From NCBI RefSeq assembly GCF_937951745.1, contig NZ_CALFBQ010000057.1, positions 11,796-75,795 on the forward strand: a stretch of DNA of 64,000 nt, read 5' to 3'. Below the pieces are notes generated by a model. That model was given only the letters and a program-made list of their open reading frames with translations. It searched no databases and was not told the origin of the DNA. Positions 8,578-18,764 of this stretch are shown here, one piece after another; within the stretch, counting starts at the first letter, position 1; every line of letters begins with the position of its first letter. Origin of the DNA: an uncultured Chloroflexus sp. (GTDB lineage Bacteria > Chloroflexota > Chloroflexia > Chloroflexales > Chloroflexaceae). The position numbers and the translations under genes are program-made.

Positions 8578-10716
8578 TTAGCGAATCGCTATCTGCTGTA
8601 CCATCACGCTCAACGGGCGCGCGTCAGTATTGTTCGGCAACGATTGGTAAGGTAAGAACGTCGGCGCGCTCAGACTGACCGTCACCTCGCGCATGCCCTG
8701 CATCTGCGCCGGCAATGGCAGATAATACACCCGCCAGCCTCCCGGCGCAACTATCACGGGCCAGCGCTGGTTGCCAATCGTTACCGTCAGCGGGGTTGGC
8801 GCCGGAGCAGCTAACCGTAGAGCCAGCATCTCATTGCCGGTGAGCGGCTCCGGTAAGGGCAGGCGGATCACTCCTTCCCTTTGCAGCCAGCGATAGGTCG
8901 TAGCGGCGGCGCGCTCGCCAGAGGCAAATCCGTACAAATACCCAAGGTCAAGGTCGTTACCAAGCGTCAGTGTTGTCGTTGGTGCCGGCGTTAACCATGC
9001 AAACGCCAGCCGTTGCACATCTTCACCGGCTTGTTCTTCAGTATTGCGCAGCAGGGTAATCGCCGTCGCTGCATCACCTTGTGCCCGCGCCAATGCCCCT
9101 CGCACCAAATTGCTCCGGTGGGTTGGGTAATCGCCGATGACCTGCCATGCCTCATCATACCGGCCCTGCGCCAGCAACCAACGGGCAAACTCGGCTTGAC
9201 CATCAGCAAAATCGGGATCAGCCGCCAACATCGCCCGGTAGGCCTGTTCGGTGGCAACCGTATCACCGCGCGCCATCGCCTCTTGCGCTGCTACCCATGC
9301 TTGCTCGCGGGCTATGCCGGCGCGGATGATTTGCGGGTAGTCGCGATAGCTAAAGATCAGAACCGCAAGACAAAGACTTGCTGCGAGACCGGCTACCGTA
9401 AATCGATCCCAGCGCAACGGTTGTTGGTCGATCCGGGCCAGTGTCGCCGCGCCATACAGCGCAAACCACAGCCAAACCGGCAAGAGGTAACGCGGCTCGA
9501 CGTGGATGAGCATCACCATCAGACACGTGTAGCCGATCCAACCCAGCGCCACCAGCCGGAACGCGCCTTCGCGGGGTCGCGAAAGCAAAGTGAATGGCGC
9601 CGCCAGCACCATCACAAGCCAGATGAGATCACTGATAATCCCGGCTGGCCAGATCTCGCGGACAGGACGGGCAAAGAAACTGGCCTTGACAAAAAAATCT
9701 TCAATAAACTGCGCTTTCCAGATATGCTGAAAGTGCGGCCAGAGATAGCGCGTAAACCGCCACGGCTCGGTTTGAATGATTCGCCGCAATTCGGCGCTCA
9801 CAAAGCGTTGCCGCTCTTCTTGCGGCAAGCGCAGCAAGATCCCTTTCGCCTCTCCTTCCCCCCGCCCTTCATGCACCGCATCGCTCATCGCGATCCAAAG
9901 ATTGACCGGGCCGAGGGTGTCGATCAGAATAATGTCGCGGTAGAGCACGTAGTTGCGGATCGTCCACGGCGCAATCGTCAGCGCAAACGGCAACAGAAAC
10001 GCGAGCAAAGCTAGGGCGACTCGCTGCCGGCGACGATGGCCGGCGGCGCGCCACGCACTCATCGCGATAAAGAGCACCGCAAACGCTACACCGTACAAAC
10101 CCGGCGAACGGGCCAACGCTGCGAACGCCAACGTTACCCCGGCCCCGATCAGCCAGCGTAGCTGCCGGTCATCACGCCAGCGCACGAGCAACCACGCATG
10201 AATGAACAGCATGCTGAAGAAGAGTGGCTCGCTGAGGATGAGCGTCGGCAATTCCACCAGCGGCATCCAAATGGCGAGGATGGCAGCAAAGATCAAGCCA
10301 GTGCGCTGATCGAACAAGCGCCGCGCCAGATCGTAGCCAAGCGGGATGAGCGCCAAGGACAAACTGACTTGGACAGCGCGAATCAGGGCAATGCCGATAG
10401 CCGGATCGCCAAGCCACAACCCGATCCGCAGCATAGCTGCGAAGAAAAAGATATGTCCGGGCGGGCGCACGAGCCATGAATTGTCGACATATTCGCCGGT
10501 GACGGCAAACCGGAGGGCACGCACGTAGTAGTCGCCGTCATCGGCTGCCGAAAAGCGCGGATCGATCTGATTGACCGCGATAAACCAGAGCCGCAAAGCG
10601 AGGCCAATCACGATCAGCACCCCGATGACCACAGACGGCTTAGCCGCTCGGGTAAGCTTGATGCGTCGCCAACGCGGCGGCTCGATAGCTAGGGGTTTGG
10701 TTGGCGAATGTTCCAT
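8578..10716 (-). CDS. GT-C fold membrane glycosyltransferase (ArnT/PMT-like) with C-terminal TPR and beta-rich domain
   Basis: 712 aa. The N-terminal half has many TM helices with an early DDGDYY loop. TPR-like repeats follow (AQEAMARGD...AEFARWLLAQGRYDEAWQV). Confidence 0.7.
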   Translation of the reverse strand: MEHSPTKPLAIEPPRWRRIKLTRAAKPSVVIGVLIVIGLALRLWFIAVNQIDPRFSAADDGDYYVRALRFAVTGEYVDNSWLVRPPGHIFFFAAMLRIGLWLGDPAIGIALIRAVQVSLSLALIPLGYDLARRLFDQRTGLIFAAILAIWMPLVELPTLILSEPLFFSMLFIHAWLLVRWRDDRQLRWLIGAGVTLAFAALARSPGLYGVAFAVLFIAMSAWRAAGHRRRQRVALALLAFLLPFALTIAPWTIRNYVLYRDIILIDTLGPVNLWIAMSDAVHEGRGEGEAKGILLRLPQEERQRFVSAELRRIIQTEPWRFTRYLWPHFQHIWKAQFIEDFFVKASFFARPVREIWPAGIISDLIWLVMVLAAPFTLLSRPREGAFRLVALGWIGYTCLMVMLIHVEPRYLLPVWLWFALYGAATLARIDQQPLRWDRFTVAGLAASLCLAVLIFSYRDYPQIIRAGIAREQAWVAAQEAMARGDTVATEQAYRAMLAADPDFADGQAEFARWLLAQGRYDEAWQVIGDYPTHRSNLVRGALARAQGDAATAITLLRNTEEQAGEDVQRLAFAWLTPAPTTTLTLGNDLDLGYLYGFASGERAAATTYRWLQREGVIRLPLPEPLTGNEMLALRLAAPAPTPLTVTIGNQRWPVIVAPGGWRVYYLPLPAQMQGMREVTVSLSAPTFLPYQSLPNNTDARPLSVMVQQIAIR

Positions 10717-12941
10717 GGTCTGCTCGTTCCCTCATTCACCGCCGGAGTAGAGGCATACATCGCGTACAGCGTGAATCGGCCGGTGCCAATCCGGGCCGCC
10801 TCCGGCTGCGGTATCGGTGGCGGTCCTTGTGCGTTATCCCATAAGAGGTAATCGGTGCGCAGCGCCTGCAATTCGGCATATGTCACCGTTACCGGAACCC
10901 GCCGGCTGATCAGGTGCGCAATGGCCGAGTATTTGGCCAGCGGCAACCGGTCGGGGATGGCGGCTACAAGATTTGCGCCAATGGCTGGCATGGTGCGTTG
11001 GACTAACTCCACTGCGGCTACCTCATCTGCCGGCTGCGCCGCCAGTACTGTGCGAACGCCATTGGCTGGGCCGGGCAGCAAGATGACAATCACTGCTAGC
11101 GTAGCCACTAGTCCAGCGCGCTGCTTTGCCCAAAGCCGCGCCAATGCCCACGCCGCAGCGACGGCGTACAGTGGCGCCAACGGCAAAAAGAAACGCGGCA
11201 AGATGAAGGCAGTGGCGATCACTGCAACATACATCCCGATCAATGCGAGGAGCGCCAGCCAGCGTTGATCGGCTTGTTTATGCCACGCCAACCACCCTGC
11301 CGCCGCGAGCCCACCGATCGCCAACCAGTTGGCCGGCCAACCAAGTAAGCGCAATTGATCGGCCCGGCCAAACTCGCTTACATCTTCAGCACCGGCGCCG
11401 AGAAAACCCACTATGTTGCGGCCCCAGTTGGCCAGAAAGCGCAGAGGATCCCGCCCAATCACTTCTGACAGACTAATGCTATTGGGCACCTCATCCCACC
11501 GCTGCCAGTCAGTGTTAGCATAAACCGCCAGCCAGATATTTTTCGCTTGCTGATTGAACAATGGGTGGCCGGTTTGCACCGTGTTCACCACAATTTGCGG
11601 CGCTGCCACCAAGGCAAATCCTACCACAAAAGAACTGAGCGCAGCGCCTTTCCCGGCGCTCAGCCAGAGTATGACAGCACCCCACAGCAGTAAGATCAAG
11701 CCGGGATGGCGAATGAGAAAGGCGGCGCCGGCCAGCATTCCGGCGAGAAACGCTATCAGGCGCGACGATCGCGAATGAGCGTGCAAGGTTACGGCCACCG
11801 CTAACGTGAAGCAGACAGCAAACGGCATATCACTACCGACCAGTAAGCCGTATTGTGCCACCATGCCGCTCAACGCCAACAACAGCGCTGCCAGCATTGC
11901 CGGAGCGGGTGGGAGCAGGCTGCTCGCCAGCAGGTAGCCAGCGCCGATCAACACCCCGCCGCTCACAAGCGCAATGAGGCGTGCAGCGAGAAAGGGGTTA
12001 TCGTTGGTCAATGGCCGTACCAGCCAGAGCAAGAACGGATAGCCGAGATTGTAGAAGCCATCGGCTTGAAAGATGGTTGCCAGCGTGTCACGGGTGGCAA
12101 ATACGCGAAAATCGTTCTCGACGCCGGGGCGGGCCAGCGTGACGTGCGCTTGCATCGCCGGTATCAGCCATCCCATCCAACCCAGTGCGACGGCAAGAGC
12201 AAGAACTGACAGACTCCAGCGCGGCCAAGAGGCGCTCAATCGCGGCCATTGCCAGACAAGGTAACCAGCAGCAATCACCGCCGCCGTCACCGGCGGCAGA
12301 TAAAGCAAAGGATATGGGCTAAGACGGTAGAACAGCAACCAGAAGAGGCCATACCCAATGACGGCAGCTAGTACCAACTGCCACGATCGCTGATGTAACA
12401 TCATCCCGGCCAAGGCGCCAATCAATGCCGCATATCCCAACTGCGCTGGATACGGCAGTAATGGCGGCATAGCGCTGAGCGTAACCTGATCCAAAAAGAT
12501 GGGCGCATCCGTAGCCGGTGGAGCAAAGCGGATCACGACATCCACCACTTTCGTCCAGCCACTGGTGATAGACACCGTGTGCTCTTCCCAATCGCCGCGG
12601 GCGAGCACCTGAAGCGGCGCTTCATCATTCACCTGCACCTTCAATGGAGTGCCAGCCGGAGCCTGCCACCGGAACGTCACCATCGCCGGTGCGCCGACCT
12701 GCGGCAAGCGCAGCGCTGCTGCCGGCAACACTTGCCGCACTGCCCCATCAGCGCCGGCCATCCGGTATTCAGGTTCGCTGAAGCCTTGCACCACCGCCGC
12801 ATCATTGCGCCCAATGTCAAACGTGGACTGCACCGGTGCTTGGCTGAAGATTACAATGACCAAAACGGCCATAATCGCGCCAGCCAGCGCAGGATTCAAG
12901 GTATGCATAGGAATGAGTGCTCTCACAAGATACGCCCTCAC
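10689..12941 (-). CDS. GT-C-like polytopic membrane protein (PMT_2/GT39-like)
   Basis: 750 aa. N-terminal extracytoplasmic domain, then more than 10 TM helices. It overlaps the downstream GT-C gene by 28 nt, so it sits in the same operon. Confidence 0.6.
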   Translation of the reverse strand: MRAYLVRALIPMHTLNPALAGAIMAVLVIVIFSQAPVQSTFDIGRNDAAVVQGFSEPEYRMAGADGAVRQVLPAAALRLPQVGAPAMVTFRWQAPAGTPLKVQVNDEAPLQVLARGDWEEHTVSITSGWTKVVDVVIRFAPPATDAPIFLDQVTLSAMPPLLPYPAQLGYAALIGALAGMMLHQRSWQLVLAAVIGYGLFWLLFYRLSPYPLLYLPPVTAAVIAAGYLVWQWPRLSASWPRWSLSVLALAVALGWMGWLIPAMQAHVTLARPGVENDFRVFATRDTLATIFQADGFYNLGYPFLLWLVRPLTNDNPFLAARLIALVSGGVLIGAGYLLASSLLPPAPAMLAALLLALSGMVAQYGLLVGSDMPFAVCFTLAVAVTLHAHSRSSRLIAFLAGMLAGAAFLIRHPGLILLLWGAVILWLSAGKGAALSSFVVGFALVAAPQIVVNTVQTGHPLFNQQAKNIWLAVYANTDWQRWDEVPNSISLSEVIGRDPLRFLANWGRNIVGFLGAGAEDVSEFGRADQLRLLGWPANWLAIGGLAAAGWLAWHKQADQRWLALLALIGMYVAVIATAFILPRFFLPLAPLYAVAAAWALARLWAKQRAGLVATLAVIVILLPGPANGVRTVLAAQPADEVAAVELVQRTMPAIGANLVAAIPDRLPLAKYSAIAHLISRRVPVTVTYAELQALRTDYLLWDNAQGPPPIPQPEAARIGTGRFTLYAMYASTPAVNEGTSRPWNIRQPNP

Positions 12942-12944
12942 CCA

Positions 12945-13991
12945 TTACGGCGTTACCGTGGGTGTAGTGAGCGGTAACGGCTCTTGAATCGGCACCTCTG
13001 CCGATGGCGGTGAAACCAGTGCCCGGTTCACCCAACCGGCACCGCTGCCATCGGGATTGGCAATAAACGAGTCGGGACTGTACCGTTCGCCTAGCCGGAT
13101 GAGGTACCACTGGTCATTTGCGGTGCGGGCCAAAAAGATGATCTCATCACCGGCATTAATGCGCCCGATCGGTTGATTATTGGTGCCCGGCAACGGGCGC
13201 ACATTCGCCACTTGCAACGCCGTGCCGGTGATCGGCTGTGCTACCGGTGCTGGAGTTTGGTTCGCCGCCGGCGTTGGCCGACGCGGGGTCGCGGTCGGGC
13301 GCGGTGTCGGCAGCACGAGCGTCGGCAATTCGGTCTGGCCGGGCACATAGCGACCAAATTGCTCTAGCTCATTGCGCAACGTTCCGACAACACCAAAAGC
13401 AAGCGCCACTGACAACAAAAAGATCACGCTGACAATCGCCAATTTGATCAATTCGAGGCTCTGCGCCCAAATGCTCCGCTTGCTAAGCAAATCGAGTGCG
13501 CTCTGCGCGGCGCCGGCCACCGATTCGCCCCAACTGGTGCGGCCTTGATCCGAACGGGCCACTTCGCGGAGGGCCAATAAGGCGCGCACATCGCCGACTT
13601 GGGTCAAAGCGCGCACCGCCCCCCACCGCACATTGGCGTTTTGATGCTTAAGAGCGGCAATCAACGGCCCCGTCGCCCGGCCATCGCCAATCTGTGCCAA
13701 CGCTTCCGTCGCGCGATAGACGACCAACCAAGGCTGATCAGGGTTAATAATGGCGCACAAGGCCGGCACTGCCGCTGAGCCGATGTTGACGAGCGCATCA
13801 ACCGCTTCGGCGTGGCGCGGATGGGCCGGATCGCCGAGCGCGCCAATGAGATCGTCAATCTCAGCCCGCGATGGGTGGCGTTCTGCCGGTGGAGCTGATC
13901 GCGGCAGCCGGGGCGCTGTTAAACGCCGGGTCGGGCGCGGGGTTGGAGTAGGTTCAGGTGGTGATTGGTTTGGTTGCGGTTCAGTGGTCAT
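12945..13991 (-). CDS. HEAT-repeat / single-TM / SH3b-like domain protein
   Basis: HEAT-like repeats (AVDALVNIGSAAVPAL; NVRWGAVRALTQVGDVRA), one TM helix, a Pro/Thr linker, and a C-terminal SH3b-like segment (ANVRPLPG...AGDEIIFLART...WYLIRL). I chose the start at 13991, where it abuts the coaBC stop. Confidence 0.6.
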   Translation of the reverse strand: MTTEPQPNQSPPEPTPTPRPTRRLTAPRLPRSAPPAERHPSRAEIDDLIGALGDPAHPRHAEAVDALVNIGSAAVPALCAIINPDQPWLVVYRATEALAQIGDGRATGPLIAALKHQNANVRWGAVRALTQVGDVRALLALREVARSDQGRTSWGESVAGAAQSALDLLSKRSIWAQSLELIKLAIVSVIFLLSVALAFGVVGTLRNELEQFGRYVPGQTELPTLVLPTPRPTATPRRPTPAANQTPAPVAQPITGTALQVANVRPLPGTNNQPIGRINAGDEIIFLARTANDQWYLIRLGERYSPDSFIANPDGSGAGWVNRALVSPPSAEVPIQEPLPLTTPTVTP

Positions 13992-15241
13992 CAGTCTGCA
14001 ATCTCTCCGGCACGTGGCTGGCGCGCAAGCAGCCACTGCTCAAACCGGGCTACGATCAGATCAAGCAGCGTGGCCGCCGCTTCAGCTTTCAGTTGCCGCG
14101 GCAATTCCACGGCCTGCTCACCATCAAGGACGGTCAAGGTTATCTCAGGTTGGCCGATGCTAGCAATCGCATCGTTGGCAACGATCAGATTCAACCCTTT
14201 CCGTTGCAACTTGCTGCGGGCATTAGCCAATAGGTCATGCGTTTCGGCGGCGAAGCCAACCTTAAAGATATCGGTGCGGTGCGCTAATTCACCGACGACA
14301 TCAGGATTTTGTACCAGTTGCAGGGTCATGCCTGCATCGCCATGCTTCTTAATCTTCTCAGCCGCTATGTGAGCAGGGCGAAAGTCGGCTACTGCCGCGT
14401 TCATAATCAAGATGTCGGCTTGGGTACAAGCGGCTTGCACCGCTGCGCGCATCTCTAAGGCGGTTTCGACCGCGACATAGGTGACTGCTCGCGGCGGAGT
14501 GAGCGCAACCGGGCCGCTAATCAGCGTCACTGTCGCACCTAGATCACGGGCGCGTTCGGCCAGCGCATACCCCATTTGCCCCGACGAGCGATTGCCAAGG
14601 TAGCGTACCGGATCGATCGGCTCACGGGTACCGCCTGCCGTCACCACCACGCGACGGCCCCGCAGCGGCCCGTGTTGGCGACCCAGTAAGGCGCGAAGTT
14701 CAGCCAGCAGGTCGGCTGGTTCGGGCAGACGACCACGACCAACCACCGGCTCGGCCATCCGACCCACCTCCGGCTCAAGTACATACGCCCCGCGCGCGCG
14801 TAGCGTCGCTACATTGGCCTGCGTCGCCGGATGTTCATACATCGAGGGATTCATCGCCGGCGCAATTAGCAATGGTGCGCGCGTTGCCAGCACCGTAGTG
14901 GTGAGCAGGTCATCGCATAGACCGGCAGCCAGCCGGGCAATAGTATTGGCCGTCGCTGGCGCGATCACCACTGCATCGGCCCGCATGCCAAGGCTCACAT
15001 GACCGATCACCCCGTCTTCAGGCAAGCTCCACATGTCGGTCAAGACTGGCCGCCCAGTGAGTGCTTGAAACGTTGCCGGGCCGACAAACCGCTCGGCAGC
15101 TTCGGTCATAATGACATCAACCTGCGCCCCAGCTAACGTGAGATCGCGCGCCACTTGTACGACTTTGTAGGCAGCAATACTGCCGCACACGCCTAGTACA
15201 ATTCGTTTGCCCGCTAGCGTATCCATACCCATTTCCGTCAT
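13991..15241 (-). CDS. coaBC: bifunctional phosphopantothenoylcysteine decarboxylase / phosphopantothenate-cysteine ligase
   Basis: Flavoprotein N-terminal domain ([18 protein letters not shown]) and DFP C-terminal domain ([25 protein letters not shown]). Confidence 0.9.
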   Translation of the reverse strand: MTEMGMDTLAGKRIVLGVCGSIAAYKVVQVARDLTLAGAQVDVIMTEAAERFVGPATFQALTGRPVLTDMWSLPEDGVIGHVSLGMRADAVVIAPATANTIARLAAGLCDDLLTTTVLATRAPLLIAPAMNPSMYEHPATQANVATLRARGAYVLEPEVGRMAEPVVGRGRLPEPADLLAELRALLGRQHGPLRGRRVVVTAGGTREPIDPVRYLGNRSSGQMGYALAERARDLGATVTLISGPVALTPPRAVTYVAVETALEMRAAVQAACTQADILIMNAAVADFRPAHIAAEKIKKHGDAGMTLQLVQNPDVVGELAHRTDIFKVGFAAETHDLLANARSKLQRKGLNLIVANDAIASIGQPEITLTVLDGEQAVELPRQLKAEAAATLLDLIVARFEQWLLARQPRAGEIAD

Positions 15242-15407
15242 TCAGGCAGACTCCCTGCGGGCGCATTGTAGCACATGTGACGCGATGCCACAGCTAGGCG
15301 TAGTTTGGCGTAAAATGCTCGCTAAATTACGCGATACAAGCTCTTGCAGAACCGATAAGCTTGTGCTACACTTCACGACACTCTCCCCGAACCAATGGAG
15401 GACTTTC

Positions 15408-16049
15408 GTGGAGCGTTCTGATTTACCACCTGATGTTGTTATTCGGCGACTTCCTCTCTATGCACGGAGCTTGCGCTACCTGCTCGAAGAGGGTATTCAC
15501 TCTGTCTCTTCCCAAGAGCTTGGTGAACGGATCAATGTCACCGCAGCCCAGATTCGCAAAGACCTTTCGTATTTCGGCGAGTTTGGTAAGCAAGGTATCG
15601 GCTACGATGTCGAGAAGTTGTTGAAACACATCGAGCGCATTCTTGGCATCAACCAACATTGGCCAGTGGCACTTGTGGGCATTGGTCTGCTAGGACAAGC
15701 CATTGCCCGCTACGAAGGTTTCCGCACGGAAGGGATCGAGATTGTTGCGCTCTTTGACTCTGACCCGGCGAAGATTGGCCAGCAGGTCGGCGAGCTGGTC
15801 GTGCAAGACTTCGCCAATGTGCGGCGCGTTATCGCCGAAAAGCACATTAAGTTAGCGATTATCGCGGTGCCGGCATTGCAAGCACAGCGTGTCGCCGATG
15901 TGTTGATCGAAGCTGGCGTGCGCGCCATCCTGAGCTATGCGCCCATGATTTTGCAAGTGCCTGAAGATGTCTGGGTGCGGTATATCGATCCGGTAGCGGT
16001 GTTGCAAAGTATGACCTATTACCTCGCCCGCGAACAATCGCCCTCGTAG
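15408..16049 (+). CDS. rex: redox-sensing transcriptional repressor Rex
   Basis: [22 protein letters not shown]...[23 protein letters not shown], and the Rossmann motif [13 protein letters not shown] chose the GTG at 15408 (ggagga SD upstream). The listed ORF start at 15207 overlaps coaBC. Confidence 0.85.
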   Translation: MERSDLPPDVVIRRLPLYARSLRYLLEEGIHSVSSQELGERINVTAAQIRKDLSYFGEFGKQGIGYDVEKLLKHIERILGINQHWPVALVGIGLLGQAIARYEGFRTEGIEIVALFDSDPAKIGQQVGELVVQDFANVRRVIAEKHIKLAIIAVPALQAQRVADVLIEAGVRAILSYAPMILQVPEDVWVRYIDPVAVLQSMTYYLAREQSPS

Positions 16050-16122
16050 GGCCGCACGGCTGTGCCGCCCCAGCGATGCACCTCTAGCCCGGTGCCTGCG
16101 TTAAAACCGCGTAGCGAAAGGA

Positions 16123-18690
16123 ATGCGCGTGCTGGTAAGCCTCAAGCAACACCGGTTCGGAGCACTGATCAGTGGGCTGATGGTTGCTTTGCTGGTCATA
16201 CAGTTGTGGCCGGTTGCCCCAATTGATATTGCGCTCCGCCCTCTATTCGCGCCGGTTGCGACCCACGCCAGCCATGCTTTCACCGCCTTAGCTGCTCGCA
16301 CCACAACACCGTTGCTCGCCGCATGGGATGCCCGTACCGGCATCCCCACTGTTCTCGTTCCCGCCACTACTGATGGCCGCTTGCCCTACACTCCGACCGC
16401 CGCCGAAATCGGCAACCCGCTTGCGATTGCTCGCGGCTTTCTCGACCACGAACGCGCCCTCTTTGGCCTACGCAGCGTCGCCGCTGAGTTACGCCCATTA
16501 CCGCCGGAACCTGATCGCCAGCTCGGTTTTCACCATATCCGCTTTGAACAGGTTTACAACGGCGTACCCGTCTTTGGCCGCCGGTTGATTGTTCATCTCG
16601 ATCCGGCAGGGCAGGTGGTGGCGGTCAATGGTCACTTTGAACCGGGAATTACACTCGAAACCCAACCTGCGATCGCGCCGCAAGCGGCACTAACAATTGC
16701 CCTCGGCCATATCTGGCAAGAACTGGAGCCGGACGAGCGGATGCAGGTACAATTTACGCCGGTGCCCGATCGCACCAGTTTGGTGATCTATGTTCGCGCC
16801 GACGGCCATGCAGTGCTGGTCTGGTCGGTGCGTGTGCTGACCACCGCGCCGCTCGGCGAGTGGCAGGTGTTTGTGCAGGCACGGCGCGGCAGTGTCGTGC
16901 ATGCGATTGACCAACTCGCTGGCGCAAAACGCCGCCGCACCTATACCGCCAACAATACCACCCGCTTGCCCGGTCGCTTGCTGGCCGAAGAGGGTGAACT
17001 ACCCCGCGATGCAATTGCGCGCGTCGCTCACGAAGGAGCCGGCAAGGTCTACGACTACTACTTCAATACCCACCAACGCGACTCGTTTGACGGTCGCGGC
17101 GGCGCAATGGTCTCAACCGTCAGCTATGGCAGCGCTCCTGAAGATGCCGACAACGCGGCATGGATTGGCGAACTCAAGCAGATGATCTACGGCGATGGCG
17201 GACGGCTCTTCAAACCGTTGCCGTATGGTCTCGATGTGATCGGCCACGAGTTTACCCACGGCGTGATCGATGCGACCGCGCAGTTGATCTATGAAAACCA
17301 GTCAGGCGCGCTCAACGAGTCGTATGCCGATGTGTTTGCGGTGATGATCGACCGCGACGACTGGCTGATCGGCGAGGACGTGGTGAAGTCGCCGCCGTAT
17401 CCGGTCAATCACTTGCGCAGCTTGGCTGATCCGACGTTAAACGGACGATATAATGCGCTCGATCCGCTGCGCAGCGTCGGCCAACCGGCCACAATGAAAG
17501 AGTATGCAAACTTGCCCAACACTCGACGCACTGATAACGGCGGCGTGCATGTGAATAGCGGCATTCCCAACCACGCCGCCTACTTGCTCGCACAACAAAT
17601 CGGGCGCGAAAAGGTGGAACGAATCTATTATCGCACGCTGACCCAATACCTTGCGCCAAGCAGCACTTTCGCCGATGCTGCCGCCGCCACCGCTCGCGCC
17701 GCTGCCGATCTTTATGGCCAGACCGAAGTTGCTGCGGTACGCGATGCCTTTGCCGCCGTTGGCATAACCAGCACGGCTACCCCCGGCGGCCCAGTAGTGC
17801 AGCCGCCGAGCAGCTTGCCCAACACAACACCGGCGCCGCCGGCAGCACAGAGTCTCCCTCCCGGTTGCAGCGATCTGATGGTTAATGGCGGATTTGAAGC
17901 TGATACTGGCTGGGAACAGGTCACATCGCTTGACGCCTCGTTGATCGACCCTGAATTGCCCCGCAGCGGCAAACGCAGCGCATGGCTGGGAGGAACCGAT
18001 CAAGAGAGTTTGCAGCTCATCTATCAAGATGTTCGTATTCCGGCGAATGCTACCAGCGTTGAGTTGCGCTATGCCCGGCTGGTGCATTTCGAGGCCAGCG
18101 GCATCGCTGGTCTCTTTGTCAGTGAAGCGTTCTTCTCAGTCGTCATCGCCGATACCCGCACCAATCCGCTAGCCGTCGTAGAGCGGATTCGCTCACGCGA
18201 TGGCGATGATACGTGGCGTGACCGGCGCGCCGATGCTAGCCGGTATGCCGGCAAGACGGTGCGCATCGTCTTTGCCGCCGAAAATCCGCGTGGCAATATC
18301 AGCAGTATGTTTGTTGATGATGTGGCGTTGATCGTTTGTACTACCGGCAATGCACCAAGCACGCCGCCGGTCAATAATAATGATCTGGTCTTCCTGCAAG
18401 GCACGATCAGCAACGCCGACAGCGGGCGTGGTGTGCGCGGCGCGCAGATCTTTATTCTGCGACCGGGCATTACGGCGCGCCAAGCCGCTGCTGATGATAC
18501 GCTCACGCCCGATGAGGTGTTGACGATGGCAATCGCTGATGACAATGGCGGCTTCCGTACCGAGCAGCCGGTGCTGCGCGGGCAGAGTTATAGCGTGATA
18601 GTGGTGGCGCGCGGGTATCGAACGATTCTTTCCGATGGTGAATTGCGCATCCCGGCGACGGCAACCAATCCGTACCGGGTCGATATCTAG
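16123..18690 (+). CDS. secreted M4 (thermolysin/protealysin-like) zinc metallopeptidase with propeptide and C-terminal accessory domains
   Basis: N-terminal TM/signal segment, FTP/PepSY-like propeptide, HEFTHGV zinc motif, GALNESYADVF, then about 300 aa of beta-rich C-terminal domains. Confidence 0.9.
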   Translation: MRVLVSLKQHRFGALISGLMVALLVIQLWPVAPIDIALRPLFAPVATHASHAFTALAARTTTPLLAAWDARTGIPTVLVPATTDGRLPYTPTAAEIGNPLAIARGFLDHERALFGLRSVAAELRPLPPEPDRQLGFHHIRFEQVYNGVPVFGRRLIVHLDPAGQVVAVNGHFEPGITLETQPAIAPQAALTIALGHIWQELEPDERMQVQFTPVPDRTSLVIYVRADGHAVLVWSVRVLTTAPLGEWQVFVQARRGSVVHAIDQLAGAKRRRTYTANNTTRLPGRLLAEEGELPRDAIARVAHEGAGKVYDYYFNTHQRDSFDGRGGAMVSTVSYGSAPEDADNAAWIGELKQMIYGDGGRLFKPLPYGLDVIGHEFTHGVIDATAQLIYENQSGALNESYADVFAVMIDRDDWLIGEDVVKSPPYPVNHLRSLADPTLNGRYNALDPLRSVGQPATMKEYANLPNTRRTDNGGVHVNSGIPNHAAYLLAQQIGREKVERIYYRTLTQYLAPSSTFADAAAATARAAADLYGQTEVAAVRDAFAAVGITSTATPGGPVVQPPSSLPNTTPAPPAAQSLPPGCSDLMVNGGFEADTGWEQVTSLDASLIDPELPRSGKRSAWLGGTDQESLQLIYQDVRIPANATSVELRYARLVHFEASGIAGLFVSEAFFSVVIADTRTNPLAVVERIRSRDGDDTWRDRRADASRYAGKTVRIVFAAENPRGNISSMFVDDVALIVCTTGNAPSTPPVNNNDLVFLQGTISNADSGRGVRGAQIFILRPGITARQAAADDTLTPDEVLTMAIADDNGGFRTEQPVLRGQSYSVIVVARGYRTILSDGELRIPATATNPYRVDI

Positions 18691-18764
18691 ATGCGCCGAT
18701 CGCGGTAGTAGCGGCGGAGCGCGCTCCACCCGAACTGTAACCGGGATTGCAAAGAACTCATTTT

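Noticed and set aside
9013-10014. 333-aa plus-strand ORF
   Set aside because: It is antisense to the GT-C glycosyltransferase gene, is Arg/Gln/Pro-rich and has no motif.
15207-15407. N-terminal 67-codon extension of the rex ORF
   Set aside because: It overlaps the coaBC start region on the other strand and has no similarity to Rex. A GTG with an SD at 15408 gives a canonical-length Rex.
16050-16071. Hairpin after rex as a Rho-independent terminator
   Set aside because: The stem has a mismatch and no T-tract follows. I kept it only as a member of a hairpin motif family in the findings.
17437-18087. 216-aa minus-strand ORF
   Set aside because: It is antisense to the M4 peptidase gene.
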